A stretch of 64,000 nucleotides of DNA from Cyanobacteria bacterium auto_48_18 (GCA_036170915.1 JAVHQC010000013.1:1-64000); one strand, 5' to 3'; positions 18,167 through 28,598 are shown, counted from the stretch's first letter. Translations and numbers: made by a program. The notes: generated by a model from the sequence alone, not told the origin.

Positions 18167-19734
18167 TAGATGGGCTCAGCAAGTTTGAATTGAGCTTCTT
18201 CCAAATCAAGTTCGTTTTGTAAAACACGAAAAGTCTGATCTTCAATGGTATTGTCGTCGCGCATGGCGATTAGCCTTTTTCTCTGGGCCTCAATTATGTC
18301 TAGACGCAGTTTAGACCACAGCTCTTCACTTGCTGAGTCTTGGGCCTCTGCCCCGATATTGGCAATGGCTTTTTCCAGGTGGCGATTAAGCAATCTTTGC
18401 ATGCGGGGGTCTTCTAAATCGAGCTGCCGTTCTCTGGCCAGGGCGTCGATAGAACGCACGGCCTCGCGCGACAGAGCCAGCCGAAGTTTGCGCTCAGCTT
18501 CTTCAGCATTATAGTTATCTGGCTCAAATTCAAAAATTTTCACAAGATAAGGCAATGTGATGCCTTGCATAAGCAAGGTAGATGCTATTACTGCGATGGT
18601 CAGATAAATTAGCAAATCGCGGTAAGGAAACAGGTCACCGTTGGTGCAGGTTAATGGCAGTGCCAGGGCGGCAGCCAGTGATACCACTCCACGCATTCCT
18701 GACCACGACAGAACAAATAAATGTTTCCAGTTTGGCGTCTTTTCTTTTTTTAGCCAGGCGTGCAAGGGAGCGATCATAAATATCCAGGCAAATCGCACTG
18801 CTATTGGTGCCAGAGCGGCAACAATGGTCGAGATAATAATCTGCTCTACCGGATACTTTTTTACCGTTTCTAATATAGGCCTGAGCTGCAAACCCATGAG
18901 CAGGAAAGAGAAACCGTTCAGAATATAGATGATGGTTTCCCAATTAGCCGTGGCATGTAAGCGAGTGGAAGAATTCGACATCTTTGGCCCGTGCCAGCCA
19001 AGACATAACCCTGCTGTGACAACTGACAGAACGCTCGAAACATGCACGTGTTCAGCGGCAAGGTATGCGATAAATGGCGAGAGCAAAGAAACGATGATTT
19101 CAACCGGACGATGTTCGAGTTTGGTTCGCAGCCGCGCTAAAACAAAACCGATGGCAAGACCCATAACAATACCGCCCAGTGATACAAAGACGAAGCGCTC
19201 ACCCGCTTCAGCCCATGAAAAAGCTCCAGTGACTGCCGCTGCTACAGCAAATTGATAGGCCACCAGCCCGGTTGCATCATTGACCAGACTTTCGCCTTTG
19301 ATAATGTCCATCACTTTTTTTGGCAGGTGAATCTCTTTAGATATGGCTGAGGCCGCCACTGCGTCAGTAGGCGAGACTATGGCGCCCAGAGCTAAAGCGG
19401 CCTCCCAGGGCAGACCGGCCACGAAATGCAAAGCCGTCGCAACCGCGGCCACCGTCGCCAGTACCAGACCGACGGCCTGCAGCGTGATTATGTCGGCTAC
19501 ACCTTTTAATTGTCTCCACGATGTGTTGTAAGCATCTAAATATAGTAGTGGCGGTAGGAAAATGAAAAATACCGCATCCGGCTCAAGGTGAATGGGTGGA
19601 ATATTTGGTGCAAGCGAAATCAACATGCCGGTAACAACCAGAAGAATTGGTAAGGCAATTTTCAACTTTTGCGATAACGCGCCCACGATTCCAATAATGG
19701 TCAGCAACGCTACAATTATTTCTACCTGGCGCAT
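18166..19734 (-). CDS. Na+/H+ antiporter, CPA1 family (YjcE-like)
   Basis: FLPPLLY, PTDAVA, GESLVNDATGLV, WSGMRGVVSLAAALALP, ELDLEE. Confidence 0.95.
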   Translation of the reverse strand: MRQVEIIVALLTIIGIVGALSQKLKIALPILLVVTGMLISLAPNIPPIHLEPDAVFFIFLPPLLYLDAYNTSWRQLKGVADIITLQAVGLVLATVAAVATALHFVAGLPWEAALALGAIVSPTDAVAASAISKEIHLPKKVMDIIKGESLVNDATGLVAYQFAVAAAVTGAFSWAEAGERFVFVSLGGIVMGLAIGFVLARLRTKLEHRPVEIIVSLLSPFIAYLAAEHVHVSSVLSVVTAGLCLGWHGPKMSNSSTRLHATANWETIIYILNGFSFLLMGLQLRPILETVKKYPVEQIIISTIVAALAPIAVRFAWIFMIAPLHAWLKKEKTPNWKHLFVLSWSGMRGVVSLAAALALPLTCTNGDLFPYRDLLIYLTIAVIASTLLMQGITLPYLVKIFEFEPDNYNAEEAERKLRLALSREAVRSIDALARERQLDLEDPRMQRLLNRHLEKAIANIGAEAQDSASEELWSKLRLDIIEAQRKRLIAMRDDNTIEDQTFRVLQNELDLEEAQFKLAEPI

Positions 19735-19745
19735 GGCTTACCCAT

Positions 19746-20144
19746 TTAGATAGGCTTCAATTCAGCCGCCAGACCCCACATCAAAAGCATGGCCAAAAGC
19801 GCCAGTATTATTGTCACCACCAGTGATACCGACCAGATCGACGATCTTGAGCTGCCTTGCAATTTTTTACTGAAGCGCACATATTCAAGGGCGCCGCCTA
19901 TTAGAGTGGCTACTCCTAAAATCATCAGACCAAAACCGATTTCGCGAGGGTAGTTCGACTGCACCCCTTGTAAAACGCCTTTTTGAACTAAGTCGTAAAC
20001 AAAGCGGGCTAGCGTAAATCCGAAACCAATCAATGTGAGTGATGTGCGCACCCAGGCCAGCAAAGTTCTGTCTAAGGCCAGGGTGGCTTGAATTGTCGAA
20101 AGCTCTATAGATGTAGGTTGCTGCGCTTGGCCGTCGGTATGCAT
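19746..20144 (-). CDS. DUF202 (YidH-like) membrane protein
   Basis: LALDRTLLAWVRTSLTLIGFGF. Confidence 0.9.
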   Translation of the reverse strand: MHTDGQAQQPTSIELSTIQATLALDRTLLAWVRTSLTLIGFGFTLARFVYDLVQKGVLQGVQSNYPREIGFGLMILGVATLIGGALEYVRFSKKLQGSSRSSIWSVSLVVTIILALLAMLLMWGLAAELKPI

Positions 20145-20278
20145 TCAAATCATCGCTGGGTGGCACTTCTAATAAATGTGACCACTAAAATAGCATACTA
20201 GGAGTTACAGGGCGCACCTGTAGATAACTGCGTCAGGCTACTGGGTAAAAATCAAAACCGAAGGGAGGTCAATTGCCG

Positions 20279-20521
20279 ATGAGCAAATTTGTCAGGATCG
20301 AATCTGCCGTACTAATGTCACCAAGTCGCCAGCAGAATTTCATTTTCCACTTTAACACCGACCTCATTACCTGCATCATGACTGGCACAGAAAAAGGAGT
20401 GGTGGTCAGTTTTGCCGGCGGCGGCAGTCTAACTTTGGAGGGCGACGTGGACGAAATCGCTGCCCGTTTACTGTCGCCAGCCAAACCCAATAGCGACACT
20501 CACCAAACCATCTCTACTTAG
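20279..20521 (+). CDS. Small hypothetical protein
   Basis: RBS GGGAGG; beta-rich 80 aa; followed by a hairpin and T-tract. Confidence 0.55.
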   Translation: MSKFVRIESAVLMSPSRQQNFIFHFNTDLITCIMTGTEKGVVVSFAGGGSLTLEGDVDEIAARLLSPAKPNSDTHQTIST

Positions 20522-20540
20522 GTTTTTTTTGCCTTCCGTC

Positions 20541-20568
20541 TGCCCTGGCCCATGGCTGGGGCATTTTT
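20541..20568 (+). terminator. Intrinsic terminator
   Basis: TGCCCTGGCC-CAT-GGCTGGGGCA-TTTTT. Confidence 0.6.
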
Positions 20569-20708
20569 GTTATTGCTGGCTGTTTTCGCGTTAACAAATC
20601 AGAAACATCTTCCTCTTGGCTTGGCTCTAAATTGGATACATCGACAGGCAATTGCCTGGTTCGCCCCAATCTTTACTAGAGTGCATACCCCACGCTCCGG
20701 AGATGACC

Positions 20709-21752
20709 ATGACATTCAGACAACCCCAAGAAGTAAGCAGATTCCAGGAATCAACCAATGACCGTTTTGATAACTGGGCTCATCAAGCCAGCAATGATGC
20801 CACCGACTTCTTCCGTGGACAGAGCAGAGGCAATACCCCCGGTAGAATGGCCAACGACATGATGGACCATCTCGAAATCACCCCGCTATTTGGCAATCAG
20901 AACAATGCTCGTGATAACAACTATCGCGGCGGCAACGACAGATATATGAATATGATCAATAGAATTGATCCAGATTTGGCAGATATCGTCAGCCCTTGCC
21001 CACGCGGCTTTGATCAAAAGAAATGGTATGGCGGCCATCAATCGCCTGAATACACCATTGCTCGCGGCCTGGCTGGTAGCATGGACGAATTGCGCAGCAT
21101 TCCTGACGCAGCTGGTCGCAAACAGTTTGTTGGCGATTTGCTGGAGAGACAAGTGCCTGCCCTGGAGCGTCAAGGCGCTAGAGTAGATGCCATCGACGGC
21201 GATAGAATTAAAATTGATTTTGGCACCGGCCGCGGTGCGCAGTGGATAGACACTGTACGTGATATAAACGGACGCCCCGAAGTGCAGTTAATTAACGTCA
21301 CTTCTTTGATGAGAAACCAGGAACCCCTAGGCATGGGGCAAAACTACGACTCTGCTGTAAGACGACCATCTGCAAATGATCGCTTACCGACACAAGACAG
21401 AGTTGAAGCGCCACAAGCGTTTGAAAAAGCACCATGCCCTCCTGGTTTTGATCCCGTAAAATGGAACAACGGTCATGATACACCCAAGTATGTCATAGGA
21501 CACATGGTCGCTGACTGGTTGCAGCATGATTTGAAAACTCAACCAAGGGAAGGGCAGAAAGCTCGTGCCGGAGAATTCCTCAAGAGCCAGGTGCCTTACC
21601 TCGAATCTAAAGGCTACAAAGTCAAGGATGTTCAAGGCGAGAAATTGCTGATTGACATAGGCTTTGGCACTGGGTATGGATGGGCTGATGTAATTGTCAA
21701 CGTTGAAGGTAAGAACGCCAACGAAACGCCGCATGCATCGTGGCAAGTGTAA
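20709..21752 (+). CDS. Hypothetical protein with a tandemly duplicated ~105-aa domain
   Basis: PCPRGFDQKKW..GHQSPEY and PCPPGFDPVKW..GHDTPKY, 146 aa apart. Confidence 0.75.
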   Translation: MTFRQPQEVSRFQESTNDRFDNWAHQASNDATDFFRGQSRGNTPGRMANDMMDHLEITPLFGNQNNARDNNYRGGNDRYMNMINRIDPDLADIVSPCPRGFDQKKWYGGHQSPEYTIARGLAGSMDELRSIPDAAGRKQFVGDLLERQVPALERQGARVDAIDGDRIKIDFGTGRGAQWIDTVRDINGRPEVQLINVTSLMRNQEPLGMGQNYDSAVRRPSANDRLPTQDRVEAPQAFEKAPCPPGFDPVKWNNGHDTPKYVIGHMVADWLQHDLKTQPREGQKARAGEFLKSQVPYLESKGYKVKDVQGEKLLIDIGFGTGYGWADVIVNVEGKNANETPHASWQV

Positions 21753-21781
21753 TTTGAAAAAGTAGTTTTACTTCGTCGGGG

Positions 21782-23224
21782 TTAGTGAATAGGCAGTTGC
21801 ATCCAGAAAAGGCTGCCGCTGCCGACTTCGCTTACCACACCAATTTTTCCATGATGCGCTTCTACAATAGCTTTGCAAATAGCCAGCCCGAGGCCGCTGG
21901 TTCCAGCACCACCACCGTGAGCTTGCTTAAACCGATCGAAAACCGTAGCTAAAGCTTCGCGAGGAATACCACGGCCATGATCTTCGATTTTGATGCTGGC
22001 AAACTTTTTCTCATGGGCTAGAGTTACTGTGATGGTGCCACCACGAGGAGAATATTTGATAGCATTGGAAAATAGATTGATAAAGACTTGCACCATGCGC
22101 TCTCTATCAACGAATGCTTCAATGTGGCCGCCAAATATTTCAAACTTGATGCCTTTCAAGTCTGCTACCGCCTTCAGTGTATCTGCGCTATGTAAGGCTA
22201 CCTCTGCCAAATCGGTGGTTTGTAAATTCATTTCCATCATGCCTGCTTCGATTTTTTCAATGTCGAGCAATTCGTTGATCAATGATAAAAGTCGATCACA
22301 TTCTCTTTGTGCAGCTTCCAGTCTAACTTTGCCTTTGTCTGTGATCTCACCGTAGAGGCCGCTTTCAACCAGCTCAATAGCACCCTGAATGGCCGAAAGT
22401 GGACTGCGCAAATCGTGACTGACCATAGCCACAAAAGCTTGTTTTGTCTCTTCAGCCGCATTGACTTCTTCGGCCATTTTACGAAAAGCAGCGTCAACTT
22501 CCGCTACTTCGTCATTGCCGGCGATAGGCGGCAAGAGCGCTTTCCGTTCTACAAATCGACTGGCGTTCTCGTTTAAAATCTGCAACCTGGCGGCAATGTC
22601 TCGACTGAAAAATACCACAAGACCCACTGACAGACCAAGATTGAGAAGAACGCCCGCTAAAATATAGATGCGTATTTCTTGTTTGCGAGATTCTTCGTTT
22701 TGCGGTACGTGCTCTTGAATTTTTCTTTCTTCATTAGTCAGAGTGTGCAATTCGTCAACATAGGTTTTGAACGATCCTTCAATCTGCTGGCGAAATTTAC
22801 CAAACTGAAAATGATAGACATCTTGCGGCGTTTCTTTAATGCGCTTTTTGTGCCACTGCATTACTTCCACAACTCTGGCAGCCTGAGCTTGCACTTCTTT
22901 GAGTTGTTCAGCACGAGAGGCATCACCTTTCATCAACTCTCCTAAGCGTGCCGCTCTTTCTGGGATGACAGCAAGAGACTTATCCAGCCGTTCTTCCAGG
23001 GCATCCGTGCGCATATAATTCCAGGCCACAATGGCACTGCCTGCGTCGAATAAATCTCGTTGGGCGTGATTGGCTTCGGCAATAATGGCCCGTGAACGCG
23101 ACTCTCGGCTGGCTGTCGCTTCGGCATTTTCCAGCATCACGCTCAAAACAAAAAGATAAATCATGCCCAGCACCAGCGGCACTGCAGCCATAAGTAAACC
23201 TTTTTTTGCTACTGAAAGCCGCAC
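21782..23224 (-). CDS. Sensor histidine kinase (2 TM, CHASE3-like periplasmic domain, HAMP)
   Basis: VSHDLRSPL H-box, NLFSNAIKYS N-box, DHGRGI, F-box, SGLGLAIC. Confidence 0.95.
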   Translation of the reverse strand: MRLSVAKKGLLMAAVPLVLGMIYLFVLSVMLENAEATASRESRSRAIIAEANHAQRDLFDAGSAIVAWNYMRTDALEERLDKSLAVIPERAARLGELMKGDASRAEQLKEVQAQAARVVEVMQWHKKRIKETPQDVYHFQFGKFRQQIEGSFKTYVDELHTLTNEERKIQEHVPQNEESRKQEIRIYILAGVLLNLGLSVGLVVFFSRDIAARLQILNENASRFVERKALLPPIAGNDEVAEVDAAFRKMAEEVNAAEETKQAFVAMVSHDLRSPLSAIQGAIELVESGLYGEITDKGKVRLEAAQRECDRLLSLINELLDIEKIEAGMMEMNLQTTDLAEVALHSADTLKAVADLKGIKFEIFGGHIEAFVDRERMVQVFINLFSNAIKYSPRGGTITVTLAHEKKFASIKIEDHGRGIPREALATVFDRFKQAHGGGAGTSGLGLAICKAIVEAHHGKIGVVSEVGSGSLFWMQLPIH

Positions 23225-23305
23225 GCCTGTTCCTGGCTGATAATAGACTAGAGATGCCTGTAATATAATGTCATTGTGCCCAGTCGAGCTAGCAATGAGC
23301 CAGCG

Positions 23306-23977
23306 ATGATTAGAATTCTATTTGCCGAAGACGAACAAAAGTTAGCTGACCTTGTAATTGACTATCTTTCCGCTGAAGGTTATCAGGTTGAACAGGCCAC
23401 CAGCGGGCCTGTGGCATTAAAGCGCCTCGAAACTTCGGTCTATGACGTACTGATCCTTGATGTGGGCTTGCCGGCAATCTCAGGATTTGAAATTTGCCGC
23501 ATCTACCGTGAGCGGGGCGGCAGTGCGCCCATAATTTTTCTCACCGGACAAAATAGTGTGGCAGATAAAGAGCGTGGTCTTGATCTCGGAGGCGACGATT
23601 ATCTCACTAAGCCTTTCCATATTCGCGAGCTTGGCGCGCGTTTACGGGCGATCACAAGACGCTCACGCACCAACGTTTCGGCACGGCTGGAGATAGCCGA
23701 TCTGGCTTTAGACTCAGCCACTCACACAGTCACCAAGGGTGGTGTGCCTTTACAGCTAATGCCGCGCGAGTATGCGCTACTTGAATTTCTTATGCGCAAT
23801 CCTAATCGTACTTTCAGTCAAAACGATTTACTCGATCAAGTCTGGACTAAAGAAAGTGAAGCCTCACCGGACACAGTGAGAGTGCACGTGACTAAATTGC
23901 GAGCCAAGATTGATAGCCCGGGCGTTGAATCAATTATTAAGACAGTTCACCGAGTGGGCTACAAATTGGAAGCCTGA
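23306..23977 (+). CDS. OmpR/PhoB-family response regulator
   Basis: AEDE, ILDVGLP, GGDDYLTKPF, winged-helix VRVHVTKLRAKI...TVHRVGY; divergent from the histidine kinase. Confidence 0.95.
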   Translation: MIRILFAEDEQKLADLVIDYLSAEGYQVEQATSGPVALKRLETSVYDVLILDVGLPAISGFEICRIYRERGGSAPIIFLTGQNSVADKERGLDLGGDDYLTKPFHIRELGARLRAITRRSRTNVSARLEIADLALDSATHTVTKGGVPLQLMPREYALLEFLMRNPNRTFSQNDLLDQVWTKESEASPDTVRVHVTKLRAKIDSPGVESIIKTVHRVGYKLEA

Positions 23978-24116
23978 CCTGTGGACGGTTGGCAAGAGCA
24001 GACTTTTGGCTAAGTTTCGCTACCAGTAAACATGTCGCGGCCATTGGCCGGACTTTTTTGGAGTAAAATAGCCAGTTCATCAGGCAGATAGTATCTTTAA
24101 CCAGGAACAACTAATC

Positions 24117-25838
24117 GTGAATTCTCCAGTATCCGCACCGGCCAAACCAAGCGACTTTATTCGCGACATCATTAACGATGATCTCGAAGCAAAACGCCAC
24201 GATAAAGTGATTACGCGTTTTCCCCCTGAGCCAAACGGTTTTCTGCATATTGGTCATGCCAAGTCTATTTGTTTAAATTTCGGCCTGGCCCTGGACTATC
24301 GCGACAAGCTTCCAGCGAGCGGTACTCGCTGCCATCTGCGTTTCGACGATACCGATCCGGCTAAAGAAGACACTTTGTTTGAAGAGGGCATTCAAGCCGA
24401 TGTGCGGTGGCTTGGATTTGACTGGGATGGTCTTTACCATGCCAGTGATTATTTTGAAAAAATGTATCAGTACGGCGAGCACCTGATTTCGGTCGGCAAG
24501 GCTTATGTTTGCAGTTTAAGCGACGCTGAGACAAAGGCCCATCGCGGTGATGTGAAGACACCAGGTACCAATAGCCCTTACCGCGAACGCAGCGTAGAAG
24601 AGAACTTAGATCTCTTTCGCCGTATGCGCAGTGGTGAATTTAAAGACGGCGAACATGTTTTGCGTGCCAAAATCGACATGGCCAATGCCAACATGAAAAT
24701 GCGCGATCCTATGCTCTATCGCATTCGCCACACTGCGCACCACATGACCGGCGACAGCTGGTGTATTTATCCGATGTACGATTACGCTCACCCTATTTCT
24801 GATGCTATTGAAGGAATTACTCATAGCATTTGCACCCTTGAATTTGAAAACAATCGCGAGCTTTACGATTGGGTTATCGACAATTTGATTGAGCATGCCA
24901 AATTCCCCAGTCGTCCTCATCAGTATGAATTTGCAAGATTGTCTTTAAACTACACAGTGCTGAGCAAACGTCGCTTGCAAGAGCTGGTTGAAGGCAAACA
25001 TGTGAGCGGTTGGGATGACCCGCGATTGCCCACCATTGCCGGCCTGAGAAGGCGAGGATACACTCCTGAAAGCATTCGCGCATTTTGTGCCAGCGTTGGA
25101 ATTTCCAAAGCCAACAGTACCGTAGATATGGCGCAACTCGAATTTTCCATTCGCGATGACCTCAACCAGAAAGCACCGCGGGTACTGGCAGTTTTAAAGC
25201 CACTAAAGGTGGTGATTGAAAATTATCCTGACGACCTGGTAGAAGAGCTGGATGCTGCCTACTGGCCGCACGATGTACCTAAAGAGGGTTCGCGCAAGGT
25301 ACCTTTCTGCAAGGAAATTTTCATTGAGCAAGATGACTTTATGCTTGACCCGCCTAAAGATTACTTCCGTTTGGCACCAGGCAAAGAGGTGCGTCTGCGT
25401 TACGCTCATTTGATTACTTGCAAGGAAGTAATTAAAGATCAAGATGGCAATGTTACCGAAATTCGCTGCACTTATGATACTGAAACCAAACCGGGAGACA
25501 ATCCTGTCGGTCGCAAGGTCAAAGGCACCATTCACTGGGTGAGCGCGCGTCACGCTGTGGACGCAGAAATCAGACTATACGATCGACTGCTTTCAGAAGA
25601 AGCTCCGCCAACTGGAAAAGACAGCGAGTTTCTCAACGTGGTTAATCCCAGCGCGCTGCAGGTGCTCACCGGCTGCAAATTAGAACGCAGTCTGGCGGAA
25701 GCGAAACCGACTGAGCGCTTTCAGTTTGAGCGCCAGGGATATTTTATTGCTGATGAAAAAGATTGCCACCCAGGTTCGCCTGTTTTCAATCGCATCGTCA
25801 CCCTGAAAGATTCATGGGCTCGTTCACAGAAAAAATAG
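24117..25838 (+). CDS. glnS: Glutamine--tRNA ligase
   Basis: [45 protein letters not shown]...FNRIVTLKD. Confidence 0.97.
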   Translation: MNSPVSAPAKPSDFIRDIINDDLEAKRHDKVITRFPPEPNGFLHIGHAKSICLNFGLALDYRDKLPASGTRCHLRFDDTDPAKEDTLFEEGIQADVRWLGFDWDGLYHASDYFEKMYQYGEHLISVGKAYVCSLSDAETKAHRGDVKTPGTNSPYRERSVEENLDLFRRMRSGEFKDGEHVLRAKIDMANANMKMRDPMLYRIRHTAHHMTGDSWCIYPMYDYAHPISDAIEGITHSICTLEFENNRELYDWVIDNLIEHAKFPSRPHQYEFARLSLNYTVLSKRRLQELVEGKHVSGWDDPRLPTIAGLRRRGYTPESIRAFCASVGISKANSTVDMAQLEFSIRDDLNQKAPRVLAVLKPLKVVIENYPDDLVEELDAAYWPHDVPKEGSRKVPFCKEIFIEQDDFMLDPPKDYFRLAPGKEVRLRYAHLITCKEVIKDQDGNVTEIRCTYDTETKPGDNPVGRKVKGTIHWVSARHAVDAEIRLYDRLLSEEAPPTGKDSEFLNVVNPSALQVLTGCKLERSLAEAKPTERFQFERQGYFIADEKDCHPGSPVFNRIVTLKDSWARSQKK

Positions 25839-25895
25839 TCTGCTGTTTTTTCAGCTCATCCGTGAGCCATATTGCTACCAGCGTAACAACTCAAA

Positions 25896-25934
25896 AGCCA
25901 CTTTTTCAGCCAAAATAAGACTGGAAAAATGGCT
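25896..25934. terminator. Stem-loop between the convergent glnS and small-peptide genes
   Basis: AGCCACTTTTTCAG...CTGGAAAAATGGCT imperfect inverted repeat. Confidence 0.55.
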
Positions 25935-25975
25935 ATTGGTGAGCTTTCAAATGCTCAATAAGTCGAGCGGCCAAT

Positions 25976-26059
25976 TTAATTGAGCATTCCGGTGAAATAT
26001 AGAAGCGCTACGACGCCGGTTGGTACGCCCACAAACCAAAGTATTGCTGCTTTTCCCAT
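25976..26059 (-). CDS. 27-aa single-TM small protein MGKAAILWFVGVPTGVVALLYFTGMLN
   Basis: Manual translation; GGAG/AAGGA RBS, ECF-type promoter 45 nt upstream, hairpin downstream; below the ORF-track cutoff. Confidence 0.7.
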   Translation of the reverse strand: MGKAAILWFVGVPTGVVALLYFTGMLN

Positions 26060-26103
26060 GATCCTTAAATCTCCAATTAATTAGCTCAAACTACAGCGCA
26101 AGC

Positions 26104-26129
26104 GACGGCACTGCCCGGGGAAAAGTTCC
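26104..26129 (-). promoter_or_regulatory. Putative ECF-sigma promoter GGAAC-N17-CGTC for the 27-aa peptide
   Basis: Minus strand GGAAC ttttccccgggcagtgc CGTC. Confidence 0.6.
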
Positions 26130-26151
26130 ATTTTTTAGAGAAACCGTCTGC

Positions 26152-26176
26152 GGAACAATATGGCAAACCAGCGGTC
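26152..26176 (+). promoter_or_regulatory. Putative ECF-sigma promoter GGAAC-N16-GGTC for the DNA ligase
   Basis: Back-to-back with the site at 26104-26129. Confidence 0.45.
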
Positions 26177-26205
26177 AGGGCCCTTTAGTGTTTGGCGTAT
26201 AAAAG

Positions 26206-26239
26206 TTGGCTAGCATATAAGCTTGGCTAGCATATAAGC
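26206..26239. repeat. Perfect 17-bp tandem duplication
   Basis: TTGGCTAGCATATAAGC x2 just upstream of the ligase start. Confidence 0.9.
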
Positions 26240-26248
26240 AGAGATTTT

Positions 26249-27244
26249 ATGAAGAAACTAGATCACCAATATCCGCCCATGAAAGCGGAACTAGTAAAGC
26301 AAATTCCGTCTGGCCAAGACTGGCAGTACGAACCCAAATGGGATGGGTTTCGTTGTATTGCTTTTCGCGATCGTAGTGAAGTTGATTTACGGTCTAAAAG
26401 TGGACAGCCGCTCGGCCGCTATTTTCCTGAATTAGTAAAATCATTGCTCAGTTTAAAGAGTTCGCAGTTCATATTAGATGGCGAAATTGTCATTCAAGAA
26501 GGCGAGACATTTTCTTTCGATAGTTTGCTTCAGCGTATTCATCCTGCGGAAAGCCGCATTAACAAACTAGCGCAAGAAACTCCCGCCAGCTTTATCGTTT
26601 TTGACTTGCTTGAAAATGCCGAAGGCAAAGTGTGCGTGGAGATGCCGTTAAAGGCGCGACGGGCAGAATTAGAAAAGTTTGCTGCTGGTAATTTTTCCAG
26701 AAAGACAAATATTACTTTGAGCCCGGTAACCTGTGACCTGGAAGCGGCGCAAGAATGGTTGAGTGATTCGGGTGGCATTACTGATGGTATCATCGCCAAG
26801 AATCTACAATTGCCTTATCAGAGCGGAAATCGCCACGGTATGGTTAAGGTTAAGCGTATGCGCACAATCGATTGCGTTGTAGGTGGCTTTCGCTACCAGA
26901 CGGGCAATTCATACGTCGGTTCTCTACTGCTTGGTTTGTATGACGAAGATGGAGAGTTGCACCACGTTGGGTTCACTTCATCACTTTCAGTGCAAGAGAA
27001 AAAGGAGCTCACGGCTAAGCTGGAGAAACTTAAAGCGGCAAAATCTTTTGACCAGAATATTCCCGGCAAGCCCAGTCGTTGGAGCACTGAAAAGAGCACC
27101 GAGTGGGTGCCGCTTAAGCCCAAGTTGGTGATAGAAGTTAAGTATGATCATTTCACCGGCGGTCGTTTTCGCCACGGCACAAAGCTGTTGCGCTGGAGAC
27201 CTGAGAAAGCTGCCAATCAATGTACACTTGATCAAGTGACTTAA
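26249..27244 (+). CDS. ATP-dependent DNA ligase (LigC/LigD ligase-domain type)
   Basis: YEPKWDGFR motif I, LDGEIV, FDLL, DGIIAK, KVK, EVKYDH...RFRH...RWRPEK. Confidence 0.95.
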   Translation: MKKLDHQYPPMKAELVKQIPSGQDWQYEPKWDGFRCIAFRDRSEVDLRSKSGQPLGRYFPELVKSLLSLKSSQFILDGEIVIQEGETFSFDSLLQRIHPAESRINKLAQETPASFIVFDLLENAEGKVCVEMPLKARRAELEKFAAGNFSRKTNITLSPVTCDLEAAQEWLSDSGGITDGIIAKNLQLPYQSGNRHGMVKVKRMRTIDCVVGGFRYQTGNSYVGSLLLGLYDEDGELHHVGFTSSLSVQEKKELTAKLEKLKAAKSFDQNIPGKPSRWSTEKSTEWVPLKPKLVIEVKYDHFTGGRFRHGTKLLRWRPEKAANQCTLDQVT

Positions 27245-28233
27245 TTTGAAATCTGTTTTTTGATGTGGTCTTTGTTTTGTTGTGCGTTTTTTTGAGCACG
27301 CCAGTTAAAGTCGGCTTGATAGACAGCTTGACGCATACGAGCCGGCCACTCAATCGCCGAGTGTTCAACGATGGAGCGGCCAGGGTTGAACGAAAGAGCT
27401 TCACCATCAGCTTCGGCAATTGGTTTATTAGACTCAACTATGGTCAGATTGGCCAGCGGAACATAATCGCCGCGCCAGAGTTGCGTAGGGTCTTCAGTGG
27501 ACTCTCCTTTTTGCTGAAATTGCACACAAAAGGTAAATTGGGCGGGAGCTTTTGCTAGCTGACGTTGCAGCGTGTGACGCAAATAATCGCGCTCAAAATA
27601 GTTGACTGGTACTTCTGCTGCGCTTTTGGCTTTGTGAAGTAGGGCATACTTACAATTGCGTTCACCAAAGCGATGTGGCACTTGCGAGAAATAGTCGATG
27701 TCGAGCAAACTATGTATAAGCTTTCCAGTGGCTGCCACACCAACAAATGGAATATTTGGTTTTTGTATTAGCAAATCAAGAATTTTTCCTTGAATAACCA
27801 GCAGCATCTGTTTAGCCGTAGATACAAAGAAAGTGGGAAAATTAGCCATGATGAAATCTTGCTCTGGCAAATTTTCCTCTCCAGCTAACCCTTTTTCTCC
27901 ATCTACTCCAAATATTTTTATGGCCACTCCGCGCACGTTTGGTAGCAAATCTGGTGCCTTTTCGTTTAGAGCGCCATTCGAAAAACGAATAACAGCTTTG
28001 TATGATTTTGCTTCACTGAAAATGCCCACCTGCAAATCAGCCGGCAGATTCAATACCTCCAGCTTTGCATCGACTCGACCGAGCGACTTGCCGTGCAGGG
28101 CTCTACGAGCCACTGTACCGGGCTGGTGTAATTTTTCCTGCCGCCCGATAATTATTTGCACCATTTCATTGATCACTTCAGCTTCATGGGGTGGTGACTG
28201 GTGATCAAAAAATAGCATAGTTTCTCCCTGCAA
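27241..28233 (-). CDS. Small catalase-like heme protein
   Basis: RRALHGK (distal His), IRFSNG, RGVAIK, QDFIMAN, RMRQAVY (proximal Tyr); 330 aa, shorter than monofunctional catalases. Confidence 0.85.
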   Translation of the reverse strand: MQGETMLFFDHQSPPHEAEVINEMVQIIIGRQEKLHQPGTVARRALHGKSLGRVDAKLEVLNLPADLQVGIFSEAKSYKAVIRFSNGALNEKAPDLLPNVRGVAIKIFGVDGEKGLAGEENLPEQDFIMANFPTFFVSTAKQMLLVIQGKILDLLIQKPNIPFVGVAATGKLIHSLLDIDYFSQVPHRFGERNCKYALLHKAKSAAEVPVNYFERDYLRHTLQRQLAKAPAQFTFCVQFQQKGESTEDPTQLWRGDYVPLANLTIVESNKPIAEADGEALSFNPGRSIVEHSAIEWPARMRQAVYQADFNWRAQKNAQQNKDHIKKQISN

Positions 28234-28244
28234 AAATCAAGGCA

Positions 28245-28598
28245 CTATTTCTCTTGATTTTTCATTTCAGCAACACCTAGCTTGAGCAGCTTACCCAGCT
28301 GCGTAAAGCCTATGGCCAGGTCATCGCAAGTGGCAGCAAGCTTCTTGCGATCTACTGATTCTCCAATCAATCCTAGACCTGTGAATACTTGTTCTATTCC
28401 AGTGGCTAATTTCGGAAAGTCAGTAGACTCAATTGAGTCTTTGAGTTTTTCACTCACTCTAGTAACCACTGCCATTATCTGGTCAACGTCTTTTACGCCA
28501 TCTTTGTCTAAGTCTAATTGCTTGAGCTCCTCCAGGCGTTGTTTGACATAGTCACGGGCCGAATCAACTGCCACCGCTGTGAGTGTTTTTCTTAGCAT
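28245..28598 (-). CDS. Hypothetical helical protein with an EF-hand-like loop
   Basis: RBS CAGGAG; DLDKDGVKDVDQ. Confidence 0.65.
   Translation of the reverse strand: MLRKTLTAVAVDSARDYVKQRLEELKQLDLDKDGVKDVDQIMAVVTRVSEKLKDSIESTDFPKLATGIEQVFTGLGLIGESVDRKKLAATCDDLAIGFTQLGKLLKLGVAEMKNQEK

Noticed and set aside
24117..25838. glnS as an unusual fusion
   Set aside because: Standard-length GlnRS with no C-terminal YqeY appendage; ordinary housekeeping gene.
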